The notes under the pieces: generated by a model | What the model was told of the DNA's origin: nothing | The model's input: only the letters and a program-made list of their open reading frames with translations | Database searches by the model: none | Translations under genes and position numbers: made by a program | In this document: piece after piece, positions 38,551-48,411 of the stretch | Numbering within the stretch: the first letter of the stretch is position 1 | How the letters are laid out: each line of letters begins with the position of its first letter | DNA from: an uncultured virus (IMG/VR IMGVR_UViG_3300011440_000022) | Lineage: Duplodnaviria > Heunggongvirae > Uroviricota > Caudoviricetes | Strand: one strand, 5' to 3' | IMG/VR virus record: IMGVR_UViG_3300011440_000022 | DNA: 64,000 bases

Positions 38551-39624
38551 TTGATTCTTACTGCCCCGCAATCTGACCTCAGCACTGCCTTGGAAAAGGT
38601 CGAGTTCGCTTTGTCGAGCGGCATCGCTGTGCACCGGCAAGTCCTTCTCGACTGCACCGGGGAGTGGGTCGTGTTCTCGGCTCACAACACCACGACTGCG
38701 ATCAAGACCGCCATCCCCATCCCACTCGCCGAGGAAGGCGACCGCCTGCTTTTGCCACCGGAAGCAATCCGTGCGGTGAAGGCAATGCCGCCGGGAGATG
38801 TCACGCTTTCAAAAAAGGACGGCAGGCTGATTCTCAAAAGTTCGCTCGGCCCCAAGTACCAACTCGGCTACGGCAACCCGGCGGATTACATGGACGTGGT
38901 CTTCTCAAAGAAAACCACTTTCAAAATCGGGATCGAGCAACTGCTCCGAGCGATCCGCTACCTCGGTGCCTACCGCACTGACACCGTGCTTATCACCGGG
39001 CAGCACTTCATCACCACCGACAAGTTCCGCATGACCGTGGTGACTCATCTCGGAACCCCGCCGTGGGAGGCCGGGGAGCAAGTCGTGGTGCCGAGCGGGT
39101 TCTTTCCCCTCGCCGAGAAGGTTTTGGATTCGGGTGGCGGCGATGTCGATGTCATCGTGCAGAACAATCGGGTCACGTTTCGACAGGGGATGAATGCGAT
39201 CAGCACTCTTCGGAGCGATGCCAAGTTCCCGAGCTTCCAAACCGCACTCGACAGCTTCGACCTACTCGGACATTTTGAAACGACTCGTGAAGACTTGCTC
39301 GCCGCCTGTGATCGAGCCAGCGTGATCGCACGCGGTCATCTCCCCATGAAGCTCGATTTGAAATCCAAGAAGGGCGGGGAAGTCTCGGCTTTCAGAACTG
39401 ATGTCGGCACCAGCGAAGAGACCCTGGTTGGCGACTGGCATGTTGCCGACTACTCCATCGCATTCAATGCCGGAATGCTGCGGGCGATGGTCTCGGTTCT
39501 GGCTCCCGGCGATGTACGGCTGAGTTTCGACACCAACCCCAAGAACATGTTTCATCTCGACGGGCCGGACGATGAGCAAGTGGGGTTTGTGATGATGCCG
39601 ATGATGTCGATGATGGGAACGTGA
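38551..39624 (+). CDS. dnaN: DNA polymerase III beta sliding-clamp homologue
   Basis: ~357 aa; TDKFRM (cf. ATDxxRL), FP.F, IAFNA, C-terminal MMPM. Confidence 0.8.
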   Translation: MILTAPQSDLSTALEKVEFALSSGIAVHRQVLLDCTGEWVVFSAHNTTTAIKTAIPIPLAEEGDRLLLPPEAIRAVKAMPPGDVTLSKKDGRLILKSSLGPKYQLGYGNPADYMDVVFSKKTTFKIGIEQLLRAIRYLGAYRTDTVLITGQHFITTDKFRMTVVTHLGTPPWEAGEQVVVPSGFFPLAEKVLDSGGGDVDVIVQNNRVTFRQGMNAISTLRSDAKFPSFQTALDSFDLLGHFETTREDLLAACDRASVIARGHLPMKLDLKSKKGGEVSAFRTDVGTSEETLVGDWHVADYSIAFNAGMLRAMVSVLAPGDVRLSFDTNPKNMFHLDGPDDEQVGFVMMPMMSMMGT

Positions 39625-39850
39625 TGCTGACCGGCAGGGCGTATTTACGAATTGAAAAATCTGCTCACGGCAAGGTGATGGTGAACACGGTGCGAACCCG
39701 CAAACCGGAATCACCGGGAGTATGGATCGCGGTCAATTTGAAAGTGCCCGAGTCCGTCTTCGCTCCCTACGAGACCGAGCTTGAGTTATCTGAAAAGGAC
39801 TTGGACGGAGTCATCATCCTGCTCCCCGACGAATTGGAGTTGATGGGATC

Positions 39851-40789
39851 GTGATGATCTTCACCCACTCCGACATCGACAATTTCCTTGAGTGCCGCCG
39901 ACTCTGGAACTGGAACTACGTGCGGGACTTCCACCCACACCCGAAAGTGCACGGTTACCGAGAACTCGGGAGCCGGGTGCACAAGGTTTTTGAAAATTAC
40001 TACTCCGGCGGCGGGGCTGACCCGGTGGTTTTCTACAACGCTCTCTCGGCGAAGGCGGTGGCCTGGCAGGAAGAGCACTCGGTTCCCGAGTGGGAAATGG
40101 ACGAGCTTTACAAGGACATCGCTCTCGGTCGTCGCCTGGTCTCGGCCTACTTCGACTGGCTGGAAGAGACCGGGGCTGACCACGACCTGGAAGTGGTGAG
40201 CACCGAGGAAATGATCGAGGCCGAGATTCTCGGGGGAGATGTCCTGCTCCGTGGGAAGATCGACACCAAGTTTCGACGGGAAGACTCCGGCCTCTTAGTT
40301 CTGAACGATTTCAAATCTCTCGGGAGATGGGACTCCGGCCAGCGTGCTCGGTTGGAGCACAGCTACCAGCACCACGTCTACACCGCCATCGAGAATCTCA
40401 GCCACCCCGACGATCCGATGGCCGAGGCCTGGTACACCGTGCTCGTCAAGGGCCGGTCTCCCAAGATCGAGCGATTCAAGGTTCCCGGCACTGCTCGCTC
40501 CGGCCCCAACCGGCTCCGAGACATCGAGCGCATCTGCATCGACATGATCCGAGCCATCGATGAGAAGTCCGATTACCCGAGTCCCAACCAGCACTGCGCC
40601 TGGTGCGATTATCGACAGCCTTGCCTCATCGCTGACGACTCACCAGCGGCGGCTGAGGAATATCTGAATGTCAAATTCCTGGTTGGTGGAAGGCATGAAA
40701 GGTATTATACTGAAACGAAATCTGACGAGTCAGATGTGGTGCCGGGAACCTCAAGGACTTCCGGCCCTGATTGGAGCACAACGGCATGA
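39851..40789 (+). CDS. PD-(D/E)xK exonuclease (RecB/Cas4-like)
   Basis: S.I..F..CRR.W, G..VH, GKID, DFKS, Q..VY, C.WC.Y...C. Confidence 0.85.
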   Translation: MMIFTHSDIDNFLECRRLWNWNYVRDFHPHPKVHGYRELGSRVHKVFENYYSGGGADPVVFYNALSAKAVAWQEEHSVPEWEMDELYKDIALGRRLVSAYFDWLEETGADHDLEVVSTEEMIEAEILGGDVLLRGKIDTKFRREDSGLLVLNDFKSLGRWDSGQRARLEHSYQHHVYTAIENLSHPDDPMAEAWYTVLVKGRSPKIERFKVPGTARSGPNRLRDIERICIDMIRAIDEKSDYPSPNQHCAWCDYRQPCLIADDSPAAAEEYLNVKFLVGGRHERYYTETKSDESDVVPGTSRTSGPDWSTTA

Positions 40790-41565
40790 GTGAAGACAGG
40801 AGCGTTTCGTTCCTCATCTACGGCGCATCGAAGAGCGGGAAATCAACTCTCTCGGTCACGTCGCCCGCGCCCCGGCTCTACATGGACGTGGAAGCTGCCT
40901 CACGCTTTCTCCCCATCAAACGAATCGATTGGAACCCGGCCAAGAGTGCCCCGCCCGAAGCCGATGGGTCGTGGGATACGTGCGTGGTGCCAACCCGGTC
41001 ATGGGACACAGTTCAGAAGGCCTACCAATGGCTGGCCTCGGGCAAGCACCCGTTCAATTCCTTCATCATCGACTCCATCTCCGAATTGCAGCAACGCTAT
41101 ATCGAGGGCATCTCGGGCCGTAGCCAGTTGCAATTGCAGCAATGGGGCGATGCCTTCCGAGAGGTCGCCGGTCTGATCCGTGACATCAGGGACTTGACCG
41201 TGCACCCCACCAAGCCGCTTGAGTGCGTCGTGCTCACCAGCATGGCGAAGAACCGGGATGGCATGTGGGGGCCATTCGTCCAGGGACAGCTACAAGACGT
41301 GATGCCCTACTTCCTCGACCTCACCGGGTATCTCTACGTCGAGATGGAGCAGGAGGGCGACGAGTTGGTTGAGAAGCGACGGCTGCTCACGAGGCGCACG
41401 TCGCAGTTTGAGGCAGGCCAGAGACTAGGAGGCAAAATCCCGCCAGTAGTAGACGACCCCAATTTGGAAGCCCTCATCGAGAAGGTCTTCCCGTTGCCGG
41501 TGCCGGAAGAGCCGAGCGACAAAGCAATTCTGGAAGCAGCGGGCGTAACGAAAGAGGACACATGA
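40786..41565 (+). CDS. AAA_24 / Sak4-like ssDNA-annealing ATPase
   Basis: IYGASKSGKST, D.E, IIDSISE, WG; sits between the exonuclease and SSB genes. Confidence 0.8.
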   Translation: MSEDRSVSFLIYGASKSGKSTLSVTSPAPRLYMDVEAASRFLPIKRIDWNPAKSAPPEADGSWDTCVVPTRSWDTVQKAYQWLASGKHPFNSFIIDSISELQQRYIEGISGRSQLQLQQWGDAFREVAGLIRDIRDLTVHPTKPLECVVLTSMAKNRDGMWGPFVQGQLQDVMPYFLDLTGYLYVEMEQEGDELVEKRRLLTRRTSQFEAGQRLGGKIPPVVDDPNLEALIEKVFPLPVPEEPSDKAILEAAGVTKEDT

Positions 41566-42167
41566 GTTTGGATTGGAATGACCTCATTGGCGGCGGGCCG
41601 GACGGAGCGGCAACGACTGACCTTGTTCCTATCGGGAAGTACGACACCCGAGTAATCGAGGCCGAAGTCGCACCAGCGGGCACCGGCAAGACGATGATTC
41701 AGATGGTTTTGGAAATCGACGGCGGGGCGTACAACGGGGAGTGGCTGTGGAACAACCTCGTGTTCCCCGACAACACCAGCAAGCCGGGCCATCGCCGCAT
41801 GTTCATGCGAGCCATGCGTGCTCTCGGATTCACGCCGGAGTTTTTGACAACCAACCAGCCGAGTGCCGAGCAGATCGCATCACTGATGCTCGGGCGCTCC
41901 GTGGTTGCGACTGTCGCCCACCGGGAATGGGAGAAGGAAATGCGAACCGATGTCAAGTCGTTGCACCCGCCAGGGACATCGAGTGACGAGGCACCGCCCA
42001 CTCCCGAGCTAGGGGCCGACACCGATGATGAGCTTCCCCCACCGCCGCCAATCCCGGCTGCGGCAGAGGACGAAGATGTTCCGCCGCCGATACCGGTAGT
42101 TGAGAACAGTGACACCACAACCGATAACAACGAAGAGGACGAAACTCAACCCAAGGCTCCGTTCTAA
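41562..42167 (+). CDS. DUF669-like ssDNA-binding protein
   Basis: P.G.Y...V..AE....GK.MI...EI..G; acidic/Pro tail ending PF. Confidence 0.75.
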   Translation: MSLDWNDLIGGGPDGAATTDLVPIGKYDTRVIEAEVAPAGTGKTMIQMVLEIDGGAYNGEWLWNNLVFPDNTSKPGHRRMFMRAMRALGFTPEFLTTNQPSAEQIASLMLGRSVVATVAHREWEKEMRTDVKSLHPPGTSSDEAPPTPELGADTDDELPPPPPIPAAAEDEDVPPPIPVVENSDTTTDNNEEDETQPKAPF

Positions 42168-42187
42168 ACGGGGCCAGGAAGGAAGGC

Positions 42188-42478
42188 ATGACAACTGCCA
42201 CCAAGACAAAGGGCGAGCTTGCCCGAGAGGGTCGAGCCAGCAATGCGCTCGCCAAGATCAAGGCCGAGGCCGACAACATCGCGAAGTTGGAGAAGCAGAT
42301 CGATGCTTCCAAGACCAAGATCGGGAAGCTCGGCATGACTGCGCGCAAGAATGGCGTGGCCTTGAAGGACATCTCGGCTGTGACCGGGTACTCCATCGGG
42401 TGGGTGCAGCAAGCACTCGTCGCCGCTGGCTACGTCCCGAGGGCGTACAACACCAATGGTGACGCTGCCGCCAAGTAA
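42188..42478 (+). CDS. Small basic HTH protein
   Basis: AR..GV.LKDIS..TGYS..WVQQ. Confidence 0.65.
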   Translation: MTTATKTKGELAREGRASNALAKIKAEADNIAKLEKQIDASKTKIGKLGMTARKNGVALKDISAVTGYSIGWVQQALVAAGYVPRAYNTNGDAAAK

Positions 42479-42497
42479 GGCCGTCGCCGCAGCGGAG

Positions 42498-42794
42498 ATG
42501 GTTTACCGGCTCTCAGTCGCCGATCTGGAAGGCCATCTCCCTCGGAGCTACCTACTAGCCAGAACTCTCGTCCACTTGGGCTACGACGCCTTCGTGGTCG
42601 AGAGTTCTTCGTTTCCGGTCTACCTTGAGGACGAAGAGGGCCAGGGTTGGGAATTCGATCTGAGCGACCACGAGCAACTGACCTTCTGCTCAGTTTTGAA
42701 AACTCCCCCCGCCGCCGTCATTGAGTTCTACGATCTGCCGTGGGACGATCTGGACGCAATGGCACAACTTCTCATTTCCGACAACCGCACATGA
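42498..42794 (+). CDS. Hypothetical protein
   Basis: Coding bias. Confidence 0.5.
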   Translation: MVYRLSVADLEGHLPRSYLLARTLVHLGYDAFVVESSSFPVYLEDEEGQGWEFDLSDHEQLTFCSVLKTPPAAVIEFYDLPWDDLDAMAQLLISDNRT

Positions 42795-43042
42795 GAGAGC
42801 ACCGACTTCGCATCGGCGGTGTAATGCGGTGCTGTCTCCAAACGTGGCAAGTTTCAAAAGTGACGGGCGCTCTCGATGATGCCGAGCCTGGCGATTTACT
42901 TCCCTGCCGTTACTGCGATCAGACATTGATGCTGGCTGAGGATGGGATTTGGGAGTGGAATCATCCCAAGCCTGAACCGAGCCAAACAGAGATGCTTGAT
43001 TGGCTCAGAGCGATAGAGGCTGGACAGATCGACTTGACTTAG
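42791..43042 (+). CDS. Hypothetical zinc-binding protein (GG.MRCC..C.YC)
   Basis: ATGA-coupled. Confidence 0.55.
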   Translation: MREHRLRIGGVMRCCLQTWQVSKVTGALDDAEPGDLLPCRYCDQTLMLAEDGIWEWNHPKPEPSQTEMLDWLRAIEAGQIDLT

Positions 43043-43062
43043 TATTTTCATTTCGATATAAT
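43034..43062 (+). promoter_or_regulatory. Canonical promoter TTGACT-N17-TATAAT
   Basis: Precedes the AGACAGGAGCCAGACATG leader. Confidence 0.75.
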
Positions 43063-43097
43063 TGCCTTGTAAGGCAAGCAAGAGACAGGAGCCAGAC

Positions 43098-43925
43098 ATG
43101 ACAGCACCAGCACCCGCAACCGAGAAACAAGTTTCTTTTCTGAAAACCCTTCTCTCTGAGCGTGAGGTTGATCCGAAGTTCGCCGAGGGTTGCGCCATTC
43201 GGCTCGCCGCCTGGGACACATGGCATGGTGCCGGAGCATGGCTTGTCGATGGGGAAGCTCCCGAAGGGGTTCTTCTCAAAGGCGATGCGAGTGCTTGCAT
43301 CGAGCGGGCACTAGCCGCTCCCAAGCTGCCCAAGCCCAAGACCACCTACGTTGACCCGCCCGCTGGAATGCACAAGAACGCAGCCGGTCAGTACGTCAAG
43401 GTCTACACGACCCGCAACGGCTACACCGTGGCGAAGGTGCTTGTCGAGCGGATGAGCGAAGTCGAGTCCGAGACCGGCCCACTCACCAAGTGGGAGTTCG
43501 ACTACCGAGGCCGAGGCGGGCTGAAAGGCCTGGACGAAACCACCAAGCTCACTTGGGAAGAGGCCAAGGCCTTCGGTAAGACCTACGGCATCTGCGTCAA
43601 CTGTGCCGCCCATCTGACCGACGAGCGGTCGATCTACGCAGGCTACGGCCCGGTTTGCGCCGACAATCACGGCTGGCCCTACCCGAGCATGGCCGAGGCG
43701 ATGGAGGGCTTGGACGGAGGGGTGGCGGCGCTGGTCGCCACTCCCGCCGAGGGAGTCACCTACACCGGTTTCGACGGCAAGACCTACGGCAAGGATGGAA
43801 AGGTCTTGGAGTTGTATGGCCTGGCTGATGGTTCTCTCGGGACTTTCGCTGAGAAGGCGGCTGAGGCCAAGTCTCCAAGCGCTGCCGATCTTCTCTTTGG
43901 TGATGAGCTTCCCGAGGAAGAGTGA
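43098..43925 (+). CDS. DUF6011-like protein
   Basis: ATEKQ..F...L N-terminus; G.C..C...LTD.RS...G.GPVCA. Confidence 0.7.
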   Translation: MTAPAPATEKQVSFLKTLLSEREVDPKFAEGCAIRLAAWDTWHGAGAWLVDGEAPEGVLLKGDASACIERALAAPKLPKPKTTYVDPPAGMHKNAAGQYVKVYTTRNGYTVAKVLVERMSEVESETGPLTKWEFDYRGRGGLKGLDETTKLTWEEAKAFGKTYGICVNCAAHLTDERSIYAGYGPVCADNHGWPYPSMAEAMEGLDGGVAALVATPAEGVTYTGFDGKTYGKDGKVLELYGLADGSLGTFAEKAAEAKSPSAADLLFGDELPEEE

Positions 43926-44197
43926 CGGTGCAGAAGAGATACACCAACGACCCTTGCCAGTGCGGTCACTGGCGCGCCCACCACAATCTGAATTCCGCTG
44001 GTGATTGCTACAAGGACGGGTGTGGATGCCTCGGTTTCAAAGACCTCAATCCGGTCTGCCTCTGCGGGCATCGAAGTACCGGACACATCGGCGGCGACAG
44101 TCACGATGTTTGCACTGCTCCCGTCAAACCGGGAGGCATCTGCGGATGCTCTGAGTTCAGGGACACCAACGCCGCGGCGTCCTACTTGCTCCCATGA
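43922..44197 (+). CDS. Tandem CxCGH...H...C..C.C..F metal-binding protein
   Basis: Two Cys/His repeats. Confidence 0.65.
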   Translation: MTVQKRYTNDPCQCGHWRAHHNLNSAGDCYKDGCGCLGFKDLNPVCLCGHRSTGHIGGDSHDVCTAPVKPGGICGCSEFRDTNAAASYLLP

Positions 44198-44421
44198 AAA
44201 CGGGAATGAGAGTCTCGATACTCCCCGCTTCCGAGGCACAAGAGAACTCCCTTTTTGACAACGAGACAGGAACCATCGTCCGATACCACGACGATCAATA
44301 CACGCAATATTGCTCGCTGGTGAAACTCGACACCGAAGGTCTCTCGGCTGACCGGGGTAACAAGGCGTGGATCAGGAATCGTCGGCTGGTGCCGTTTGCT
44401 GACGAGGTCTTGCTCCGATGA
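44194..44421 (+). CDS. Small SH3/KOW-like protein (paralogue A)
   Basis: GMRV..G.I..V.LD..LVP...EVLL. Confidence 0.6.
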   Translation: MKTGMRVSILPASEAQENSLFDNETGTIVRYHDDQYTQYCSLVKLDTEGLSADRGNKAWIRNRRLVPFADEVLLR

Positions 44422-44633
44422 AATTGAAAGTCGGAATGAGAGTCGTCGTTGTTTCTGCCGATGAAGTGTTCCGAAGCTCTCTGGAAACAGTCGAAGGCAA
44501 GAGGGGGAAGATCACTCAACTCGGAGATTTGGTTTGTATTGTCGAACTCGACCATCCACTAGAAAACGACCATCGATGGGTTATCGCAACCCGTAGCCTG
44601 GTTCCCGAAGCGGCGGAAGTGCTTTTGCAATGA
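44418..44633 (+). CDS. Small SH3/KOW-like protein (paralogue B)
   Basis: Same pattern as the upstream gene. Confidence 0.6.
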   Translation: MKLKVGMRVVVVSADEVFRSSLETVEGKRGKITQLGDLVCIVELDHPLENDHRWVIATRSLVPEAAEVLLQ

Positions 44634-44699
44634 AGTAGCCAGCCTATTACACTCACATGAAATTGACCTAGATACAGACATGAAAGGAAGGTGAGGCCA

Positions 44700-45068
44700 A
44701 TGTGGATATTCACCAAGGATGGGTTCTTCTCCATCGTCCAGCACAAGGACAGTCCCGATTACCTCATGGTGCGGGCCAGAGTCCGTGAAGATATTCAGCG
44801 GGCCTTCGGCCCCGGTGACATCATCGAGAAGAGCGGGAGCGATTACCGATTCCGCAAAACGGTTCCGAGAGTCGTTGTCGCTGATTATTTCAGCAAGGCG
44901 GTTTCTGAGATTGACTACACGTCGGTCAAGGATGAAATCGATCAGGGCGAAGAGGATCGACACAAAATGCTGTACGCCGTCTGGCGTGCTCATTGGGACT
45001 TGCAGCGGGATCGATACAACGAAGCAGAGGACGATTGGTTCGATTTCACTTGGACGAAAGTGAACTAA
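44700..45068 (+). CDS. Conserved hypothetical phage protein (MW.FT..GF.S.V..VRAR..DY.FR)
   Basis: Recognisable motif. Confidence 0.7.
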   Translation: MWIFTKDGFFSIVQHKDSPDYLMVRARVREDIQRAFGPGDIIEKSGSDYRFRKTVPRVVVADYFSKAVSEIDYTSVKDEIDQGEEDRHKMLYAVWRAHWDLQRDRYNEAEDDWFDFTWTKVN

Positions 45069-45267
45069 CTGAGGGAGGAACCGTGAAGATCATCACGGTC
45101 GAAGAACACCAGGCTCGATACATCGAGGGCTTGCTGAGGGATCGCAAGCGGGCAACACACAAAGAGATGGGCGAGGTAGGGAAGGGCACTGATGAACACC
45201 GGCAGCTTGCCGCCGAGATTCAGCGCATCGACCTAATCTCTCTGGCTCTCAAGGATGCGGAGTCGCG

Positions 45268-45513
45268 ATGACCGAAGACATCTTGATCGACATTCTGGAA
45301 TGGATAGCAGTCATTTGCCTTCTAGGTGGATGGCTGTTTTTCATGTTCATTGCCTGGGACAAACTGGATAAGCGGCGACTTGGAAAGCTGGAAGTTTTCA
45401 AAGACGTTGACCCCGAAGCTCCGAACCTTGCTCCCTACGATCCGCACACCCTCCGGTGGCGAAATGAGATGATCGAACGAGAGCGCCCTCGGGACGAAGA
45501 CCTTGGTTTGTGA
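45268..45513 (+). CDS. Membrane-anchored hypothetical protein
   Basis: N-terminal TM segment. Confidence 0.5.
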   Translation: MTEDILIDILEWIAVICLLGGWLFFMFIAWDKLDKRRLGKLEVFKDVDPEAPNLAPYDPHTLRWRNEMIERERPRDEDLGL

Positions 45514-45886
45514 AAACTCCATCACCAAGAGGACGGGACAAGGTCGCCAACGATCCACGCTGCTTTTTCTGTGGAATTGAAATCGACCCGGTCTTTTACA
45601 CCCGAGCCATGCACGAGGGAGTCAGCTATGCAGTGTGCTCGACCGACTGCCCGAAGTGGTGGGAGGGAGCACTGCACTTTGGCTACGGCGGGCCTCAGTG
45701 GGGGCATCTCGTACAACCAGCACGCCCGTCACGCCGCAAGAGTCGCACCGAGCGAGCGACTCCGTCACATTGACCTCAATCGGGTAGTGGTCGTGGTGAA
45801 TCACCGTCTTGCTCACCGCCAGATAGTTTCGCAGCCGTCCGGTACAGACCGACCCATCCGAGAACCGATGGAGATGCGGGCCTAGA

Positions 45887-46144
45887 TCAGCGCCGGTGGA
45901 CTCGCTCACGAAGCGACGAGACTAGTGCTTGCTTCGATGCGAAGGGATACATCTCAAAGGGTGGCACCGGCGAGTCCGGCGACTGCTCAAAGAGAATCCC
46001 GCCGTCGCCTTCCACCGGCTCACGATGATCGACCCGGCCATCGAGAATCTCATCGGGGATGCCTTGCGGAAAGGCAGTGCATGTCAATTCGCCGGGATTG
46101 AGATGCACACAGGAGTAGCACATCGGAGTGAGATAAGTGGTCAT
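45887..46144 (-). CDS. Small Cys-rich protein (C..C.H..C.AFP.GIP..I..DH..P..GDGG..F)
   Basis: Motif I recognise as often following phage head-associated enzyme domains; C-terminal ALVSSLRERVH. Confidence 0.7.
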   Translation of the reverse strand: MTTYLTPMCYSCVHLNPGELTCTAFPQGIPDEILDGRVDHREPVEGDGGILFEQSPDSPVPPFEMYPFASKQALVSSLRERVHRR

Positions 46145-46302
46145 GTCAGCACCACGGTTTCAACACTCTCATAAAGCTCATCGAACAAGTCCCACACTCC
46201 GGCGTACTCGGCATCGGAGAACACACCAAGGTCATGCCGGTCGCCATTCTTGTCGATGCCGTAGAGCCGGTACTTGTCCTGGGGGTTTTCTTGCTGTGTC
46301 AT
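46141..46302 (-). CDS. Small acidic protein (possible partner/immunity protein)
   Basis: ATGA-coupled on both sides. Confidence 0.5.
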   Translation of the reverse strand: MTQQENPQDKYRLYGIDKNGDRHDLGVFSDAEYAGVWDLFDELYESVETVVLT

Positions 46303-48410
46303 ATCGCTGCTCCGACCCCTTCGGAAAGACCCAATATCTCTCGACTGTTTTCGATGAACTCTTCCCAACCTTCGCCGCCCTCCATCTCGTGGTAGTACCG
46401 GACGAACTTCTCAGCCAGGGATTCGGTCATGCTCCGAGAGCCGTAGGTCGTGATTGGGTTCTCCCCCATCATCTCTGTCCAACTCAAAAGATAACTCGCT
46501 GAATCTGGATTAGCCATCGTCTTTCGCTGAACGCTCCGATGAATGGCGTGGCCGTACTCATGGACGATGGTGGCTTGCATCCCGGTCAGACCGGGGTGTT
46601 CAAAAAGCTCCGACTCGGGAATCTCATCGGGGTCGAGTCTCGGGTTCACGATCATCAATATTCGGTTGGGAGTGGAAATCACTTGACCGAAGGTGCCTTT
46701 CATCGAGGGCAAGTCCCAAATCGATTCCACACCGCCATCGGTAAGGGCGTCAGCCTCCATCGAAGCCATCATCGAACCAAACGGGCTGGATGAAGCGGCG
46801 GCTTGGAACTGCAACCCCTCCAAAAACCATGCTCTGCCCTGCTCGTCCTCACCGGTTCCGATGTAGGCCAGAGCATCATTGGTCAGATCGCCAAAGCGTC
46901 CTTCCAAAGCATCGACCTCGACATTGAACCGCTGGTCAAAACCGGGATGGGTTGCTCCGACAGTGGATCGAAGCGGCTTTCCAAAATCAATCGGGACTGC
47001 TTCCTCGGGGCCAGCCGGGGTAGGGGCCATGTTCGGCTCCCATGCGTCATAGAGCTTGGCAGTGTCGGGGTAATGCTCCCTCATGCCAGGAAGCTCGATG
47101 AGAGGCCCGTATTCGGCCCAATACTCGTCCTTTTCCTGCGGACTAAGCATGTGATAGGGCTTGACTTCAGCGGGGTCGTAGCGGGTCTGAGGCATCTGAG
47201 AGGGGATGCTCATGCCGGAGTGCCATGTGTCCCACGCTGCCTGTAGCTCGGGGCTGACCGGCTCGTAGTCGGTGGTCACCGCGACCCACACTTCGGCATA
47301 GGCCTCCGAGGACTTGGACTTGCCGTAAGCACTCGGAGCCAGATTTTGAATCGCGTATCGAGCCGCCTGAGTCTCCGGCCAGTTGGAGCTATCCGGCATG
47401 GTGCCGAAGCCATCAGACTGCCCCACTTTTGAAAACGGCTGACCGACCTCAAGCATGGTCTCCGACAGATACCGGAACTGTCGCTGGTGGCCGAACTCGT
47501 GAACCAGGGTTGAGGTCTCATCACCCTGTGCACTGCCCACACTCCAAGGCATCGACTTGCCTGAGTTCATCCCCTTGGTCTTTTGCCACAGCTTGTCGTC
47601 TTGGAAATAGCTCTGCCCGAGCACGATGGCTCGCTTCCCGACTACCGGCCCAATCCCGCCGGGGTGGTCGGTGCCGGGATGGGCGACAGCGATGGCACCA
47701 GGGCCACCGGGCTTCACCCTCGGGTCTCCCACCGTGGACGCTTGCTGATCGGTGACAACGGCATCGACCCGAAGAGCGGTATCGGGATCGATGTGAGTCA
47801 GCCAGCGATAGCGCTCGGCAAGAGCGTGCTCCATCTCGGGGCCGGTGCCCGCCAGATCGAAAATGGTTGGCTCCCCCCGAAAGGCGGCAAGGTCAGCCTC
47901 CATCTGATCCTTGACCCATTGATGCTTCGCCGATGTGGACAGCGAGTCCCAATTAGGGGGCTTACCCATCGGGGGGAGCGGTGTGCCCACCGCCATGCTC
48001 GACTTCACGATTGGGGGTGTCGGAGTGTCGGGTGGCGGTGTGGGCGGCACACTTGGTTTTGAAATCTTGGCCTTGGTCGGTTCCCTCTGTGAGACCTGAT
48101 AGCTGCGGGCATCGAAGGTGTGCCCGAACTTGTCACCCTCCCAACGAGGGTCGGTCATTTTGACTCGGATGATCGGATCGCCCGGTTTCTCGGGGTCAGG
48201 GATGATGTCGATGACCTCACCCTGGACTTCTTTCTTCCCCCGCTGACCGTGCCGGAACCCGGCCATGTCGATGAGGTTGATGAGCCAGCCAATCTCGATA
48301 AACCGGCCATCACTTCCCCGAGGGTGAAGGTCGGGGTTCCAATCAGCCGCGACCAGGGCCGAGTTAGGGCCGTGAACCCTTTGGCGCAACTCGGCCCTGG
48401 TCAGCGACAT
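46299..48410 (-). CDS. Putative internal head protein with WNPDLHPRG tag and two zincin (HExxH) metallopeptidase domains
   Basis: VHEFGH..AYG...SEAYAE and VHEYGH..TYG...TESLAE. Confidence 0.75.
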   Translation of the reverse strand: MSLTRAELRQRVHGPNSALVAADWNPDLHPRGSDGRFIEIGWLINLIDMAGFRHGQRGKKEVQGEVIDIIPDPEKPGDPIIRVKMTDPRWEGDKFGHTFDARSYQVSQREPTKAKISKPSVPPTPPPDTPTPPIVKSSMAVGTPLPPMGKPPNWDSLSTSAKHQWVKDQMEADLAAFRGEPTIFDLAGTGPEMEHALAERYRWLTHIDPDTALRVDAVVTDQQASTVGDPRVKPGGPGAIAVAHPGTDHPGGIGPVVGKRAIVLGQSYFQDDKLWQKTKGMNSGKSMPWSVGSAQGDETSTLVHEFGHQRQFRYLSETMLEVGQPFSKVGQSDGFGTMPDSSNWPETQAARYAIQNLAPSAYGKSKSSEAYAEVWVAVTTDYEPVSPELQAAWDTWHSGMSIPSQMPQTRYDPAEVKPYHMLSPQEKDEYWAEYGPLIELPGMREHYPDTAKLYDAWEPNMAPTPAGPEEAVPIDFGKPLRSTVGATHPGFDQRFNVEVDALEGRFGDLTNDALAYIGTGEDEQGRAWFLEGLQFQAAASSSPFGSMMASMEADALTDGGVESIWDLPSMKGTFGQVISTPNRILMIVNPRLDPDEIPESELFEHPGLTGMQATIVHEYGHAIHRSVQRKTMANPDSASYLLSWTEMMGENPITTYGSRSMTESLAEKFVRYYHEMEGGEGWEEFIENSREILGLSEGVGAAI

Positions 48411-48411
48411 G

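Noticed and set aside
39851..40789. cas4 as part of a CRISPR system
   Set aside because: It sits in an exonuclease-Sak4-SSB recombination module; no cas1/cas2 or array
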